Source: an uncultured virus (IMG/VR IMGVR_UViG_3300046653_000062) (Duplodnaviria > Heunggongvirae > Uroviricota > Caudoviricetes). Taken from it: a DNA stretch of 64,000 nt. Each line of letters starts with the position of its first letter. Positions within the stretch are counted from its first letter, which is position 1. Below the pieces are notes generated by a model. It made no database searches, was not told the DNA's origin, and was given only the letters and a program-made list of their open reading frames with translations. Below, piece by piece: positions 28,401 to 37,635 of the stretch. The stretch lies in IMG/VR virus record IMGVR_UViG_3300046653_000062; one strand, 5' to 3'. A program made the position numbers and the translations under genes.

Positions 28401-30665
28401 CGGCAAAGGCTCGGCCGCCTGCATGCCTGGGCGAGCCCCGGCGATCGGCGGAAGCTCTTCAAGAGCCCGCGCCTTATGTGTTCTCGGGCCGGACATAGGG
28501 ATGCCCTCGCCCGCTGCTTCTGAAGTTAAAGCGTTCCCGCCAGCCATCGGCGGAAGGGATTGGTCGCCGGTAGCCGATGGCTGGGCGCCCGCGATATCGG
28601 GCAAGGTCTTGATCTTGGAGACCTCGGCCAGCGCCCTGGCTTCCGCCTTCGCCGCCTCTGGCTTTCTCTCGTGCGGGTTCCACAGCCGCTCGTACGGGTT
28701 CCACAAGGTACGCTCGTCGTGTGGCTTCTCCAGCTCGTCACGAGGTTTCTCCACCTCGTCGCGCTGTCCGCCCAGCGTCGAGAAATCATCCTGAGTGAGG
28801 GTCGCCTCGGGGTCTGGGTCCTCCGCCATGCCGCCGCCCGCGAGCCTGAGCATTTTATGGGCGTGCTTGCGCATCCTGCGGGCGTGTTTCTCGCCACCGA
28901 CTTCGCCGCCATCAGCAAGAAGGGCTAGCAACGCCATCAGGCCGCCGCCGACGCCTTCGCTTGCGCCAGCCGCGCCAGCTCCGGCGGCCTCTGCGCCCGC
29001 GCCAGCCGCCGCGCCAGCGCCTGCGCCCGCAGCGGCTGTTCCTTCCGCCATGGACGCGCCAGCCACGCCAGCGCCAGTTGTGGCTCCAAACGCTGGCGCA
29101 GCCTCAGCCGCGCCGATTCCCGACGCCCCCATGCCGGTCGTCAGACCTGAACCCCCGCTGCCCATGGTGGCGCTCAGAGTATCCCCGCCGCCGAGAGTGG
29201 CTGACGTCGCCCCGCTATCAGTCCCCGCGCCGATGGCGGCCGGGTTCCCCGCGCTGCTGGCGGCCGGACCCGACGCGCCGGGGCCAGCGCCCGAGCCGAG
29301 GGCGTCAGACGAGCCGAGGGCGTCAGACGAGCCAAGGGACGTGGTGTCAGTCGCCGGAGCGTTGGCTCCGGACTGGTTCATATACTTCGACCAGATGTCC
29401 TTAGCGCCCTTGACGGTGTCTTTCGCCTGCTTGGACTGGTTCTGACCGCTATCCATGTTCATGGCCGGGGCGTTCGGAAGCTGACCGAAATTTGGCTTCG
29501 CGCCCAGGCCGCCCCCTCCAGGCTGAACCAGACCGCCCCACGGCCCCACGGACGTGTCCCATGGGTTCCCGCCGCCCGCGAACCCCGGAGCGCCGCCGTT
29601 GGCGAACTTGCCGCGTTTCGCCGCGTCCTCGGTCGCCATATCATACTGAACAGATTTTACGCCGCCGTGCTCGCCCACGGACTCGGGGTGATGTTTCTCC
29701 ACCTCCTGAGCCATAAGGCCAAGCTGAGTGACGGGGTGGCCCTTATAGTTGTACGCATAGACCTTCTGACCGTCGTACAGCTCGCCGACGACTCTCTTGT
29801 TTTCTTTTGTACGTTCATCGGACATTGCCGACAGACCGCCAAGACCCGCGCCGAGATAGTTGAAAAATCCCGGATGCTGCTCAGTGGTGCTGGACCCCGT
29901 CGTAGTGCCGCCCATGAGGGAGCCCATGCTGCCGGTTATGCCCGCAAGCCACTGCTGAAGCTGCATCGGCCACATGGTCTGGCTCGTCGCGTTCTGAGTC
30001 GCGGCGTTGTAGACATTCTGCTGCTGAGCCTGCTGCGCCCCGCCAGCGCCGATAAGCGCGCCGAGCCCCTGAAGGTTATAATTCTGGGCGCCGGACGCCT
30101 GATTGGCGAGACCATAAGACGCCTGTAACTGCTGGCCCTTTTGAGCCTGAGCGGCGGCGAGGGCCGAGTTATAGCCGCTCTGCTCAAGCCCCGCCGTCGT
30201 GGCGTTGTTGGCCATGGCGAACTGGCCTTCCGTGAGCGCCTTCTGCAACTGCGCGCGGTCGCCGCCCTGGGCGTTCTGCGCGATCTGGTTGCCGACGACG
30301 TTCTGCAACGCCGCGCCCTGCTGTTGCTGGGCGTTGGCCATGGTCGTATTAATAACGTTCTGCGTGTAGGGGTTCTGGAAATTGGCGATATCGTTGCCGT
30401 TCACCCCCTGACCGGCGTTCTGCGCCAAATCCAAAGCCTGCTGGTAATACGGAGAATACTGGCCGAGCTGGCTCTGAATCCCCTGATACCCCTGCGTTTG
30501 CATGGGATCCTGCCCGGCGACGTTAACCCCCATCGCCGGGTTCCAGTTTTGATTGGCGGCGGCGATATTCTGCGCGCCGCCCATGACGTTGGTGTAACCC
30601 GCCATGGCGATGGGGTTAGGGGCCTGGGTCTGATTTTGGCCTGTTGTCTGAGAACCGCCGCCCAT
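25491..30665 (-). CDS. Large internal virion (ejection) protein with peptidase S74-like domain
   Basis: Q-rich N-terminus with NPY; SDERTKEN...Y.YNYKG...GLMAQEVE...P.SV...K.V.Y; 1724 aa. Confidence 0.7.
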   Translation of the reverse strand: MGGGSQTTGQNQTQAPNPIAMAGYTNVMGGAQNIAAANQNWNPAMGVNVAGQDPMQTQGYQGIQSQLGQYSPYYQQALDLAQNAGQGVNGNDIANFQNPYTQNVINTTMANAQQQQGAALQNVVGNQIAQNAQGGDRAQLQKALTEGQFAMANNATTAGLEQSGYNSALAAAQAQKGQQLQASYGLANQASGAQNYNLQGLGALIGAGGAQQAQQQNVYNAATQNATSQTMWPMQLQQWLAGITGSMGSLMGGTTTGSSTTEQHPGFFNYLGAGLGGLSAMSDERTKENKRVVGELYDGQKVYAYNYKGHPVTQLGLMAQEVEKHHPESVGEHGGVKSVQYDMATEDAAKRGKFANGGAPGFAGGGNPWDTSVGPWGGLVQPGGGGLGAKPNFGQLPNAPAMNMDSGQNQSKQAKDTVKGAKDIWSKYMNQSGANAPATDTTSLGSSDALGSSDALGSGAGPGASGPAASSAGNPAAIGAGTDSGATSATLGGGDTLSATMGSGGSGLTTGMGASGIGAAEAAPAFGATTGAGVAGASMAEGTAAAGAGAGAAAGAGAEAAGAGAAGASEGVGGGLMALLALLADGGEVGGEKHARRMRKHAHKMLRLAGGGMAEDPDPEATLTQDDFSTLGGQRDEVEKPRDELEKPHDERTLWNPYERLWNPHERKPEAAKAEARALAEVSKIKTLPDIAGAQPSATGDQSLPPMAGGNALTSEAAGEGIPMSGPRTHKARALEELPPIAGARPGMQAAEPLPPVAGGQTAIPVGAGESWSPEDELAGGPKQAQIPPEMTRPPEELAKEAERPISGGPVSALAAKSELTHPIANPEAVPANWDRMTPEEKFVWATGHGSAAPELPERNIVEKSRLDAEREIEADKRAKLLRYAEAAQNAVRLNGPSGDQVTPVGEGPTPPLPERKPPTPFAARHAAAIPNLAPGPDENTSWIRPAEPAGGFNEPKSNYDLFKSALSRAGHNLTTFDIPPREQAAVPAAPVTEASKTIPAEQAPALTKTFKINPQTGEPMTPAEDLAATEKELAHKVEPYSGGVGAPKAGNAGEEIPRRYGEGARVSITKSMHFENDLGGVTRDTGGNPSMGHYGILATKGGGSAGEFFHDHGAELGFTHNPRQDPWGFAADWKRIAKDNPQGLEAAEDNWHDKYIKSSVRSHILDAGLPGPVAEDPRVQQYFEDRYVQHGTGISKDPEGRNGSGRIKRAWAGADGDIPTFLKNMTAIDKSHVRQDFETYLSENPSHQPGLEKRINNRLAGALGENVQPGGKSDQVAEAAKSVKEEAENKPKSAAELLPHEQNQVNFVQKILGGWNPLEGITGPGKEGKDSWNPLGMTSDQRRNLMVTGLSMMGGNPLGWQAAGAGATGMQAGQQMQMNEQSMGVQRAKLALEAMNQPKFAPAHWSDILGVQHAGSMDVHSGAITEAGQTAPTTGPSAPAPGTMQVGSPGAAGAAQPTGEATVDQMFRQYPGTRETAEGILDGSKKMESVPARMRAGMEEAVRAVARQRGETYDPQALAVKQTFRSEYNSGKSPEGKIRQALETGTTHLGDLTELNKVLPDHSRFMAANFYGPKEESFGHDKNREAWKTMTHGLAGELAKLEGGGQGSDTDRKKWEDALSPDQPREKRAASLAAAVRLMHGNLQGLDQQWESNIGKTWKKNEVLSPRSRDIVDKANQTFWGNIAEKTPGSAAQPIQVRTSAEAMKLPRGTRFLDPNGVERVRP

Positions 30666-31147
30666 TATCCAACTCCAGTTTCCGTGTTAAACAGGAAGTA
30701 AGCGCCTTTAGGCGCTCCTAACTTCCTCTGATACAACTTAACTTTTGCTTCAGTTTTTTGCGACGATAGAACCCCGATCAACAGAGGCCGTTTCAATTCT
30801 ACCGCTAAAGCTTTTGCGAACTCAATAAGAGCCTGAGCATTTTTTGACCGTCTGAACTGCGGTCGGACAAAAGCCCAGAGTTCTTCAAGATGCGCGTCAC
30901 TAGTGTACCAGAAACGGCGCATAGATAGGTGAATCGCCGCCTCTAATGCGCCGACAGGTCCGATACAGCCGATAACGGATTCTTCACCTCGGATTGCTGC
31001 TAAAGCCCCCTCTCGGATAAGGCTTTCATCGAGTTCCATAAGGCCGTTCTCTTGAAATACCTCATGCCCCATCGCGATTAAGTCGCTATAATCGCCCATA
31101 ACTCCTGGACGGACGTACGGCAATGGCTGGACATTGCTTATGTTCAT
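30665..31147 (-). CDS. GNAT-like acetyltransferase
   Basis: LEELWAFVRPQFRRSKNAQALIEFAK...KLYQRK. Confidence 0.7.
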   Translation of the reverse strand: MNISNVQPLPYVRPGVMGDYSDLIAMGHEVFQENGLMELDESLIREGALAAIRGEESVIGCIGPVGALEAAIHLSMRRFWYTSDAHLEELWAFVRPQFRRSKNAQALIEFAKALAVELKRPLLIGVLSSQKTEAKVKLYQRKLGAPKGAYFLFNTETGVG

Positions 31148-32016
31148 TTACTGGGTCCTGGTAATCTCTTGAGTTTCTTCTGATAGTGATCTCGTACTTT
31201 AAGGATGAACTTGTCTAGGGCCGCGTGTCCTTTCTTGATATCACCGCCGCCTACGCGGGCGACGTCATGCGGGTGAATGATAAACTCGCCGTGGGACACG
31301 TTGACGTCGACCTGATGCGGGTGGCCCCCCAGCGATTCAAAGGACGCGCCGCCCCTGCCGAACGCGCTAGGTTTCGCCCCCCGGCGTCCCATGGGATGTC
31401 CCATTTTATCGGAAGAGCCAGGAAATGGGCTTCCCGAAGATGAGCCGCCGGAGTGGGGAAACATATTCTTCAGGACGTGGTGACCAGCCATCGAGTTGCC
31501 GTCGCCGAGCGCCGCGACCGTGTCGGCGGGCAGCACGTGGGAGCCGTTGGGAACGGACATAGGCAGCTTATCGGCGCGCCCGGGCGTCGTCCCGATCAGA
31601 GGGCCGGTGACGTTGGTCGGCTGAGATTTGACCCGCCATGGGACGTGGGCGATAGCGGGCGGATTCACTGTCGGGCCGCCGCGCCCCTTCGCCAGGGTCA
31701 TCTTGGGGATATCGGGGAACTCAAGCGGTTTGCCGCCGCCGACTTCCGGTTTCTCGGACGCGCCGCCGCTTGCGAAAAACTGATTATCTGACCGCGTCCC
31801 CGACTGGTCATCATTCGGCGAGGGCGTCCGTTTCGAGAAACCCGGAGACGCGGGCTGACCTGGGGCCGCCTTGATAAGGCCGCCGCTGGCGCGCGCTGAC
31901 CGGCGGGCGGTGTCGAGCGCGGCGGCGACCGCCTGCTTTTGCGGGTTTCCTGCGTTGACCATTTCAGCGATGTTATGGGAAATTGTCTTCTGGCTCTTGC
32001 CCTTCGCTAACGGCAT
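31144..32016 (-). CDS. Putative virion protein with duplicated G..D.(L/I)P / GE(F/Y)(I/V) module
   Basis: MPL.KGKS...IS.NI.E N-terminus; GTTPGRADKLPMSVPNGSHVLPAD.V..LG.G and VSHGEFII.P..V..VGGG. Confidence 0.65.
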   Translation of the reverse strand: MPLAKGKSQKTISHNIAEMVNAGNPQKQAVAAALDTARRSARASGGLIKAAPGQPASPGFSKRTPSPNDDQSGTRSDNQFFASGGASEKPEVGGGKPLEFPDIPKMTLAKGRGGPTVNPPAIAHVPWRVKSQPTNVTGPLIGTTPGRADKLPMSVPNGSHVLPADTVAALGDGNSMAGHHVLKNMFPHSGGSSSGSPFPGSSDKMGHPMGRRGAKPSAFGRGGASFESLGGHPHQVDVNVSHGEFIIHPHDVARVGGGDIKKGHAALDKFILKVRDHYQKKLKRLPGPSK

Positions 32017-32020
32017 GTCA

Positions 32021-32407
32021 TCACCCCACGTTCAAGAGGATATAGTTGAAAGTCTGGCCGCCAGACGCCGCTGTCCCGTCGCCGGTCGCGGCCGTAAAGT
32101 TCGTCCCCACTGTCCGGGCCGAGACATAAAGCTGCTTGGTCGAGCCCTGGAGCTGCGCCGCCGCGCCGCTGGTCGGCTCAAAGACAATGACCGAGCCCGC
32201 CTTGACGTTGGCGTCGGCGATCACGAACGTTGCGGCGGCGGGCATGACGAAAGAGCCGGTGAACGCCCCGAGGGCGAACCGGCTCTGCAAGACGGAAATC
32301 ATCTTGCCGAGGTTGGCGTTCAGGCCGTTCGCCTGCGCCAGCATATCGATGTCGCCGCCACCGCTTGGCTTAAACTGTGATTGCAGTCCAAAGTCGACCA
32401 TGGTCAC
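32021..32407 (-). CDS. Putative virion structural protein
   Basis: In the late operon; predicted beta-rich. Confidence 0.6.
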   Translation of the reverse strand: MTMVDFGLQSQFKPSGGGDIDMLAQANGLNANLGKMISVLQSRFALGAFTGSFVMPAAATFVIADANVKAGSVIVFEPTSGAAAQLQGSTKQLYVSARTVGTNFTAATGDGTAASGGQTFNYILLNVG

Positions 32408-32610
32408 TCGAATTCTATGGGGTGTTCCACGAGTCCCTGCGCCAGTGGAAGCTCATCTTCCCAAAACGTCAGAAAATGTAACCCCCGGTTACAGTCCGGG
32501 CATGTCGGGTTCATCGCCCATCCCGCCTTTAACGCCGCTGTCTGATAGCCGCAATCCGGGCAATGATAGAGTTTAAACCCTTTTTTAGGTTCAGGCGCTG
32601 TTTCTGCCAC
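32404..32610 (-). CDS. Small zinc-ribbon protein
   Basis: HCPDCG...CPDC; coupled to its neighbours. Confidence 0.5.
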   Translation of the reverse strand: MAETAPEPKKGFKLYHCPDCGYQTAALKAGWAMNPTCPDCNRGLHFLTFWEDELPLAQGLVEHPIEFE

Positions 32611-34654
32611 CGCTTATCCCATCTGCGCTCCACCGGAACCGCACCGCGCCCAGTCTCCAAAAGGAACCCGCATCCTGACTTTCGATATGGATGGAGACCT
32701 GACGCGCGCGGAATCTCGGCTCGATCCATTTTGTATTCTGGTTCACCAGAAACGGCCCAAACACATCTGGAGTTGTCTGTCCTTGCTCGTAAATCGTCTT
32801 GAACGTCACAAGAAGGTTCGCGTTCTGAGTCCCATTTCTCTCACCCCACTTGAAGTCAGGATAGACCCGATCCACGAAAACTTCCTGCTCGCCATCGGCG
32901 ACGTAAAAATACCCTGTTTCAAAAGAAGGGCTTAAAACGTTCCCGTCAGCGTCATAGCCGTTTTCTTGGTAGTACAGGAAGCCATCATTTGTCGCGGCGA
33001 TAGGGTAATCGAATGTGTCGGCGTCTTTCCATACGTTTCTTGAAAGAAGGCTGAGGTCCCAAGACCCTTCCTCGATATTGAACTTGGCCATCGAGTCACA
33101 ATAGCCGAGGCCGCCGGACTGCGACGGCCAGAAAAACATAATCTCGCTAAACGCTTTATTGACGCCAACGTGGCATTTCGAAACGTTGTTGAGGTCCATA
33201 TCCTGAAAAATGGCGTCCCAGACAGGGCAGGGGATAATCCGGGGTCCGCTGTTGTCGTACGCCCAGATGTTTTTCTTGCCCATCCAATAGACGGTGTCGC
33301 TCAGCTTCCCCCACGCGTGCTTGGCGATCAGCCCCGCGCCCTCGGCGGTCTTGACCATATTGAACACCAGGGTCGAGCCGATGTACGAGCTGACCCACAA
33401 ATCCTTGTCGGTCCATATCAGGTTCCTGAGCTGCGTCGACGCGCCGCCCATGATCTTGGACCCGGACGACAGCCGCCAGCTACCGGCTTGAGAAATGGGG
33501 CTCAAGGTCCAGTTGAAAAAGTTGTTGGCGTCACACCATTTCACAAGCAACGGGTCCTGGTAAACGCCTATGCCGGCGCTTTGAGTTGAGCCGTAGGCGA
33601 TGACGAATTGCTGGTTCGTGGACACGAACATGCCGGTGCTGAACGCCGGAGCCTGAGATACGATCTGACAGTTCTTGAAGCCGGAACTCGGCCCCCAGTA
33701 AAATAGCGGACCATTCTCGGGAGTGGCGAGCAACAGCTCGCCCCAGTTGTCCAGGCTCCAGTCCGTTGCGGCGATATCGGTTCCGGTCTGGCCGGTGATC
33801 GGCGTCCCGATGCCGTACGGACCCGCGCCGTACGCTCCGGCGCCATACGCGCCCGCCAGGGCTTGGGGACCGATCGCGAGGTAATAGAGGTATTGGGCGA
33901 GGCCCCCGTTCATGGGGACCGGGGACACGGTGCTGGCGCTGGCCGCGTTGGCCACGGTGATAACGAAATTGTTGGCGTCTGTGACGCTCTGAACGATGTA
34001 CCGGCCGCTGATCGTGACGCCGTTGAGCGTCGTCGCGATGGGGAAAACGATATCAAGCCCGGCGGACAGACCGTGACCGGTGAACGTCACGGTGACGTTG
34101 GCAGACCCGCTCACGGTCGTGAATGTGGGGATTACGCCGCCTGGAGCCACGACAGTCGCCGTCGCGTAGGACTGGGCCACGAACTGATATGACGTCGGGG
34201 TGATATTGGCGGTGACCTGATATAACCCAGATAGAATGACCCCGCCGATAGATACGGGCGTATTGAAGAAAACGGCGTCGTAATTGGTGATGTTGCTGAC
34301 CGCAGTGTCAACAACGGTGACGATATTCGAGTTGATCGTGGTCGCGAGATTGATAGCCGGGTTCGTCGTGAGGACCTGCGGGCCTACGTCCTGATAAGAA
34401 CCGCTGGTGATGACGTCAAGGTCGGTCATCGTGCCCATCGCGAAATGGTTCACGTTGCTCAGGTCCTTCCAGGTGTGCGCCGCCTTCGGCACGCCGTCGA
34501 CCTTCGTTGGGAAGAACCTGACCCACCCTCCTATTTTCTGAAACATCCCCGCTTTGAATCGGCCAAGCTGGGTCGCGGAGTAGCCGCCCTGGTTCTGGGT
34601 CGGCGTGATCTCGACGTTCAGGCCAGGGCGGAGGGTGACGGTTGATCTGCCCAT
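32591..34654 (-). CDS. Tail nozzle / tubular protein B-like
   Basis: RF..G..QKIGGW, WSLDNWGE.L, DPL.V.W.D, YWMG, EI.FFWPS, PDF, R.RARQ, WRLG..R. Confidence 0.75.
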   Translation of the reverse strand: MGRSTVTLRPGLNVEITPTQNQGGYSATQLGRFKAGMFQKIGGWVRFFPTKVDGVPKAAHTWKDLSNVNHFAMGTMTDLDVITSGSYQDVGPQVLTTNPAINLATTINSNIVTVVDTAVSNITNYDAVFFNTPVSIGGVILSGLYQVTANITPTSYQFVAQSYATATVVAPGGVIPTFTTVSGSANVTVTFTGHGLSAGLDIVFPIATTLNGVTISGRYIVQSVTDANNFVITVANAASASTVSPVPMNGGLAQYLYYLAIGPQALAGAYGAGAYGAGPYGIGTPITGQTGTDIAATDWSLDNWGELLLATPENGPLFYWGPSSGFKNCQIVSQAPAFSTGMFVSTNQQFVIAYGSTQSAGIGVYQDPLLVKWCDANNFFNWTLSPISQAGSWRLSSGSKIMGGASTQLRNLIWTDKDLWVSSYIGSTLVFNMVKTAEGAGLIAKHAWGKLSDTVYWMGKKNIWAYDNSGPRIIPCPVWDAIFQDMDLNNVSKCHVGVNKAFSEIMFFWPSQSGGLGYCDSMAKFNIEEGSWDLSLLSRNVWKDADTFDYPIAATNDGFLYYQENGYDADGNVLSPSFETGYFYVADGEQEVFVDRVYPDFKWGERNGTQNANLLVTFKTIYEQGQTTPDVFGPFLVNQNTKWIEPRFRARQVSIHIESQDAGSFWRLGAVRFRWSADGISGGRNSA

Positions 34655-34657
34655 GGG

Positions 34658-35368
34658 TTAGATCCTCTCTGGCTGGCTCAGCGCGCGACTTTTGGCGGTC
34701 CAAGAGCCGGATTGGAACTTTTTGCGGCACTCCTCGGTGATGGTCGGGCCGAGGGCTCCCTGATACCGCGCCTCCCAGCTTAAACCCATCTTCGGGTCGT
34801 CAGCCTGCGCGCCATAGTTCTTCATCCACCCCGTCGCTTCGACCATGGAGGCGTACAGCATCAGGTCGGGGAGGTTGGTGGATATGAACGTGGTGGTGTT
34901 GGACGCGCTGAGCGCCGCCGGGCGCACGGTCCCCACGATTTCAAGGTTCGGCGTCACGACGCTCGCGCCCACGGGAGGTCCAACGATAAGCGTCTGGTCG
35001 CTGTCGCGGGCGAAAATGCGTGGGGTGGACGTGGCGAGCGGCGCGGAGCCGGACGGGTACATGGAATCTATGAACTCTCGCGATACAGGGGTGAGAGCGT
35101 TTAAACGCACCCCGCCTGACAGGAAGTTGACCCCTTCGACCACGACGAACTGCCCGAATGTCGAAGGGAGAGTGTACGAGCGAGTATTTGAGGCTAAAAC
35201 GCCCGCTGTATCACGAAAAACAGTCGAGAGAAGGTCAAGGTCTCGGTAAATCCGTAACTCGGCGTTCTGGATAAACGTCGGGAACATGATTGTCAGGTCG
35301 TTATTCGTTGACGTTATGGCAATTTCTTGAGCCAGCGCCGTGATAAACGTTGAATATGTATAAGACAC
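34658..35368 (-). CDS. Tail adaptor / tubular protein A-like
   Basis: FIQNAELRIYRDL...TT.IS...PDL.LYAS.VEA..WMKN. Confidence 0.7.
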   Translation of the reverse strand: MSYTYSTFITALAQEIAITSTNNDLTIMFPTFIQNAELRIYRDLDLLSTVFRDTAGVLASNTRSYTLPSTFGQFVVVEGVNFLSGGVRLNALTPVSREFIDSMYPSGSAPLATSTPRIFARDSDQTLIVGPPVGASVVTPNLEIVGTVRPAALSASNTTTFISTNLPDLMLYASMVEATGWMKNYGAQADDPKMGLSWEARYQGALGPTITEECRKKFQSGSWTAKSRALSQPERI

Positions 35369-35383
35369 GAACCAGACCCCTCT

Positions 35384-35590
35384 TTATTTAGACCCCCTGA
35401 GGGGGTTTTTGTCAAATTCACCGCTATTGAACTTAACAGCAGTGGGTTTGACCATGATTCCGTTCCACGGCGTGATCGAGCACGTATCAAATTGAATATA
35501 CCACATGAAACCGGATGGGAGCCCATGTGGTTTACCGGCGAGCATTTCCGCCGTTATCTCGAAATGCGCTTCAAGATCATGCCAAACCAT
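35384..35590 (-). CDS. Small hypothetical protein
   Basis: GAGGG RBS; fills the gap between late genes. Confidence 0.5.
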   Translation of the reverse strand: MVWHDLEAHFEITAEMLAGKPHGLPSGFMWYIQFDTCSITPWNGIMVKPTAVKFNSGEFDKNPLRGSK

Positions 35591-35598
35591 AATAACCC

Positions 35599-35994
35599 TC
35601 AGTTTATAGTGAACGACAGGTTTCCTGATAGAATCCGGAGCCCATCACCGATCGCTGGCGTCTTCGGAGTGCTGACCGGCGCAGACGCATAAATCGCCCC
35701 GGCCGTGATCGCCGAGTGGACGGCCACATATGACACGGTCGCAGAGCCGACAGCCGCCGTCGTAAAGACGATATCAGCATTGCTGGCGACTGTATTGGTC
35801 GCCGTCGACGGAACCGCCGCAGTCATGGCGATGCGGTTAGCGGACCCGGTCAAAGTCGAGATGACCTCCGTTCCCGCCCCCTGAGGATCGCCGTTCCAGA
35901 CTGAAACATATCGGGTCGCAACCGCCGCAGGGGTTGCGTTGCCGGTAAACCAGTTGAGCATGGTGCTCGAAACTGTCGCTGTGAATACTGCCAT
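35599..35994 (-). CDS. Putative tail/virion protein
   Basis: AGGAG RBS; DP..AGTEV...R.A...SNADIVF..A pattern. Confidence 0.65.
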   Translation of the reverse strand: MAVFTATVSSTMLNWFTGNATPAAVATRYVSVWNGDPQGAGTEVISTLTGSANRIAMTAAVPSTATNTVASNADIVFTTAAVGSATVSYVAVHSAITAGAIYASAPVSTPKTPAIGDGLRILSGNLSFTIN

Positions 35995-36003
35995 TTCAAG
36001 CTC

Positions 36004-37635
36004 CTATGCAAAGTACGTTAGGACGAGCACGCCCGCCCCGCTGGCCCCGCCAGCGCCATTCAATGTCGCACCGTAACCGCCGCCGCCACCACCGCCGCCG
36101 TAATTGGCCCCGGCTCCGCCAGCTCCGCCGGTTCCGACCTGATTAGTTATGCCGCCTCCGCCGCCGCCTCCGCCGCCAAGCCCGATAGACGTGGTGAGCG
36201 CAAGGCTTGAGCCGCCCGCGCCGCCAGTGACGCCGGTTCCCGTAGTGCTGCCATTACCGCCGCCCCCGCCGCCGCCTGACGAGCCTGCGCCGCCATTGGC
36301 TACACCGCCGCCCGTCCCGCCAAACCCATTGCCGCCTGCTGTCCCGGAGTTGGAGGCCGCCGCCACATTGGCCGCCGTCGCGCCGCCATCCGCGCCTCCG
36401 CCACCCCCTCCGCCAGCGCTGGTGGACGGGACCGAGCCGCCGTTTCCGCCGTTGCCGTTAGGGCCGCCCGAGCCGCCGCCCCCTCCGCCGCCAGCAACCC
36501 CAACAGGGTTCGCCGTCCCGCCATTGCCGCCGCTGTTCTTGACATTGCCGACGCCGCTCGCCGCCGCTCCGCCGACGCCGCCCGCGCCTATTCCCGAATT
36601 ACCCGCCGCGCCGCCCTTGGCGAGCACGCCGTTTGCAACAACCGCCGGGGCCGCGTTTGAGGCGACGCTCCACCACGTACCCGCGCCCGCGCCGTTGGCC
36701 GCCGCGCTCGGGCCGATCGAACACCAGGTGGTAGCCCCCGGCGTCGTGGTCACCGCCGTTGTATCAGAATACCCTGCGCCGCCGCCGCCAGGACCATAAA
36801 GCGTTGTGGTGGGCGTGAGGCCAGCCGCGCCCGAGCCGACTGCGCGCGCCCGCACCGCCGTTACGCCAGTTGGGACAGGCCACGTCGTGGTCCCGGCGTT
36901 CAAAATCGTCGTAACCGCGCGCACGACGCCGCAGGTCATCACGCCGGTCGCGGTCATGGAGACCGCTACGTTGACGGAGTTGTAGACCGCCGCCGTCATC
37001 GCCCCCGTCGCCGTCATCGAGACGGCGAGCGGCATTGTATTCGTGACCGCGCAGGTCATCGCGCCGGTCGCCGTCATCGAGGCGGTGACTGACATTGGGA
37101 TGGAGACCGCGACGGACATAACGCCAACGGCGGCCATAGGGGCGATAAGGCCGAAATTGACCGCGATATTTGCTGAAAGAGACGCTGTCGCGACGAAAGG
37201 CGCGGCGACGACATACGCCGCCTGCAACGTCGCAGACGCCGAGGCGACGGCGGCGAAATTCGCCGCCAGCATCTTCTCCACCGTGACGGACACGGTCATA
37301 TGAGCCGTGCCGTAAAAGAAGCCGGGCGTCCCTGGAACCGGAAACAGATTCCAGTCGGTGCGCTCATCGATCGCGTAAAATTCAGGAGATGGGAATGCGA
37401 TGTTCGGCGGGTCCTGCGGAAGCCAGAACGTTCGCATCCACGGCATAGGGAGATCGAAACACGCATTGCAGACCATCAACTTCGACGGAATCAGGCTTCC
37501 TGGCCCTTGGCGCGTTTGGGGCCGGAGGGCGTTGTGGTCGAAGACCATGCCACATCGATCGCAGACGCCCCGCGCCTCGGGGTTCATCGGGTTCTCGGTA
37601 GCGCGGGAGAAAAACCGCCGCGTCATTGGAGCCAC
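36004..37635 (-). CDS. Glycine-rich tail fibre-like protein with N-terminal Cys4 domain
   Basis: CDRCG...VCNACFD.P; (V/M)TATG.MT repeats; poly-Gly C-terminus ending GASGAGVLVLTY. Confidence 0.75.
   Translation of the reverse strand: MAPMTRRFFSRATENPMNPEARGVCDRCGMVFDHNALRPQTRQGPGSLIPSKLMVCNACFDLPMPWMRTFWLPQDPPNIAFPSPEFYAIDERTDWNLFPVPGTPGFFYGTAHMTVSVTVEKMLAANFAAVASASATLQAAYVVAAPFVATASLSANIAVNFGLIAPMAAVGVMSVAVSIPMSVTASMTATGAMTCAVTNTMPLAVSMTATGAMTAAVYNSVNVAVSMTATGVMTCGVVRAVTTILNAGTTTWPVPTGVTAVRARAVGSGAAGLTPTTTLYGPGGGGAGYSDTTAVTTTPGATTWCSIGPSAAANGAGAGTWWSVASNAAPAVVANGVLAKGGAAGNSGIGAGGVGGAAASGVGNVKNSGGNGGTANPVGVAGGGGGGGSGGPNGNGGNGGSVPSTSAGGGGGGGADGGATAANVAAASNSGTAGGNGFGGTGGGVANGGAGSSGGGGGGGNGSTTGTGVTGGAGGSSLALTTSIGLGGGGGGGGGITNQVGTGGAGGAGANYGGGGGGGGYGATLNGAGGASGAGVLVLTYFA

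Noticed and set aside
23767..30665. Tape-measure protein or virion RNA polymerase
   Set aside because: No tail tube or tail chaperone genes nearby and no RNAP catalytic motifs seen; ejection proteins fit better
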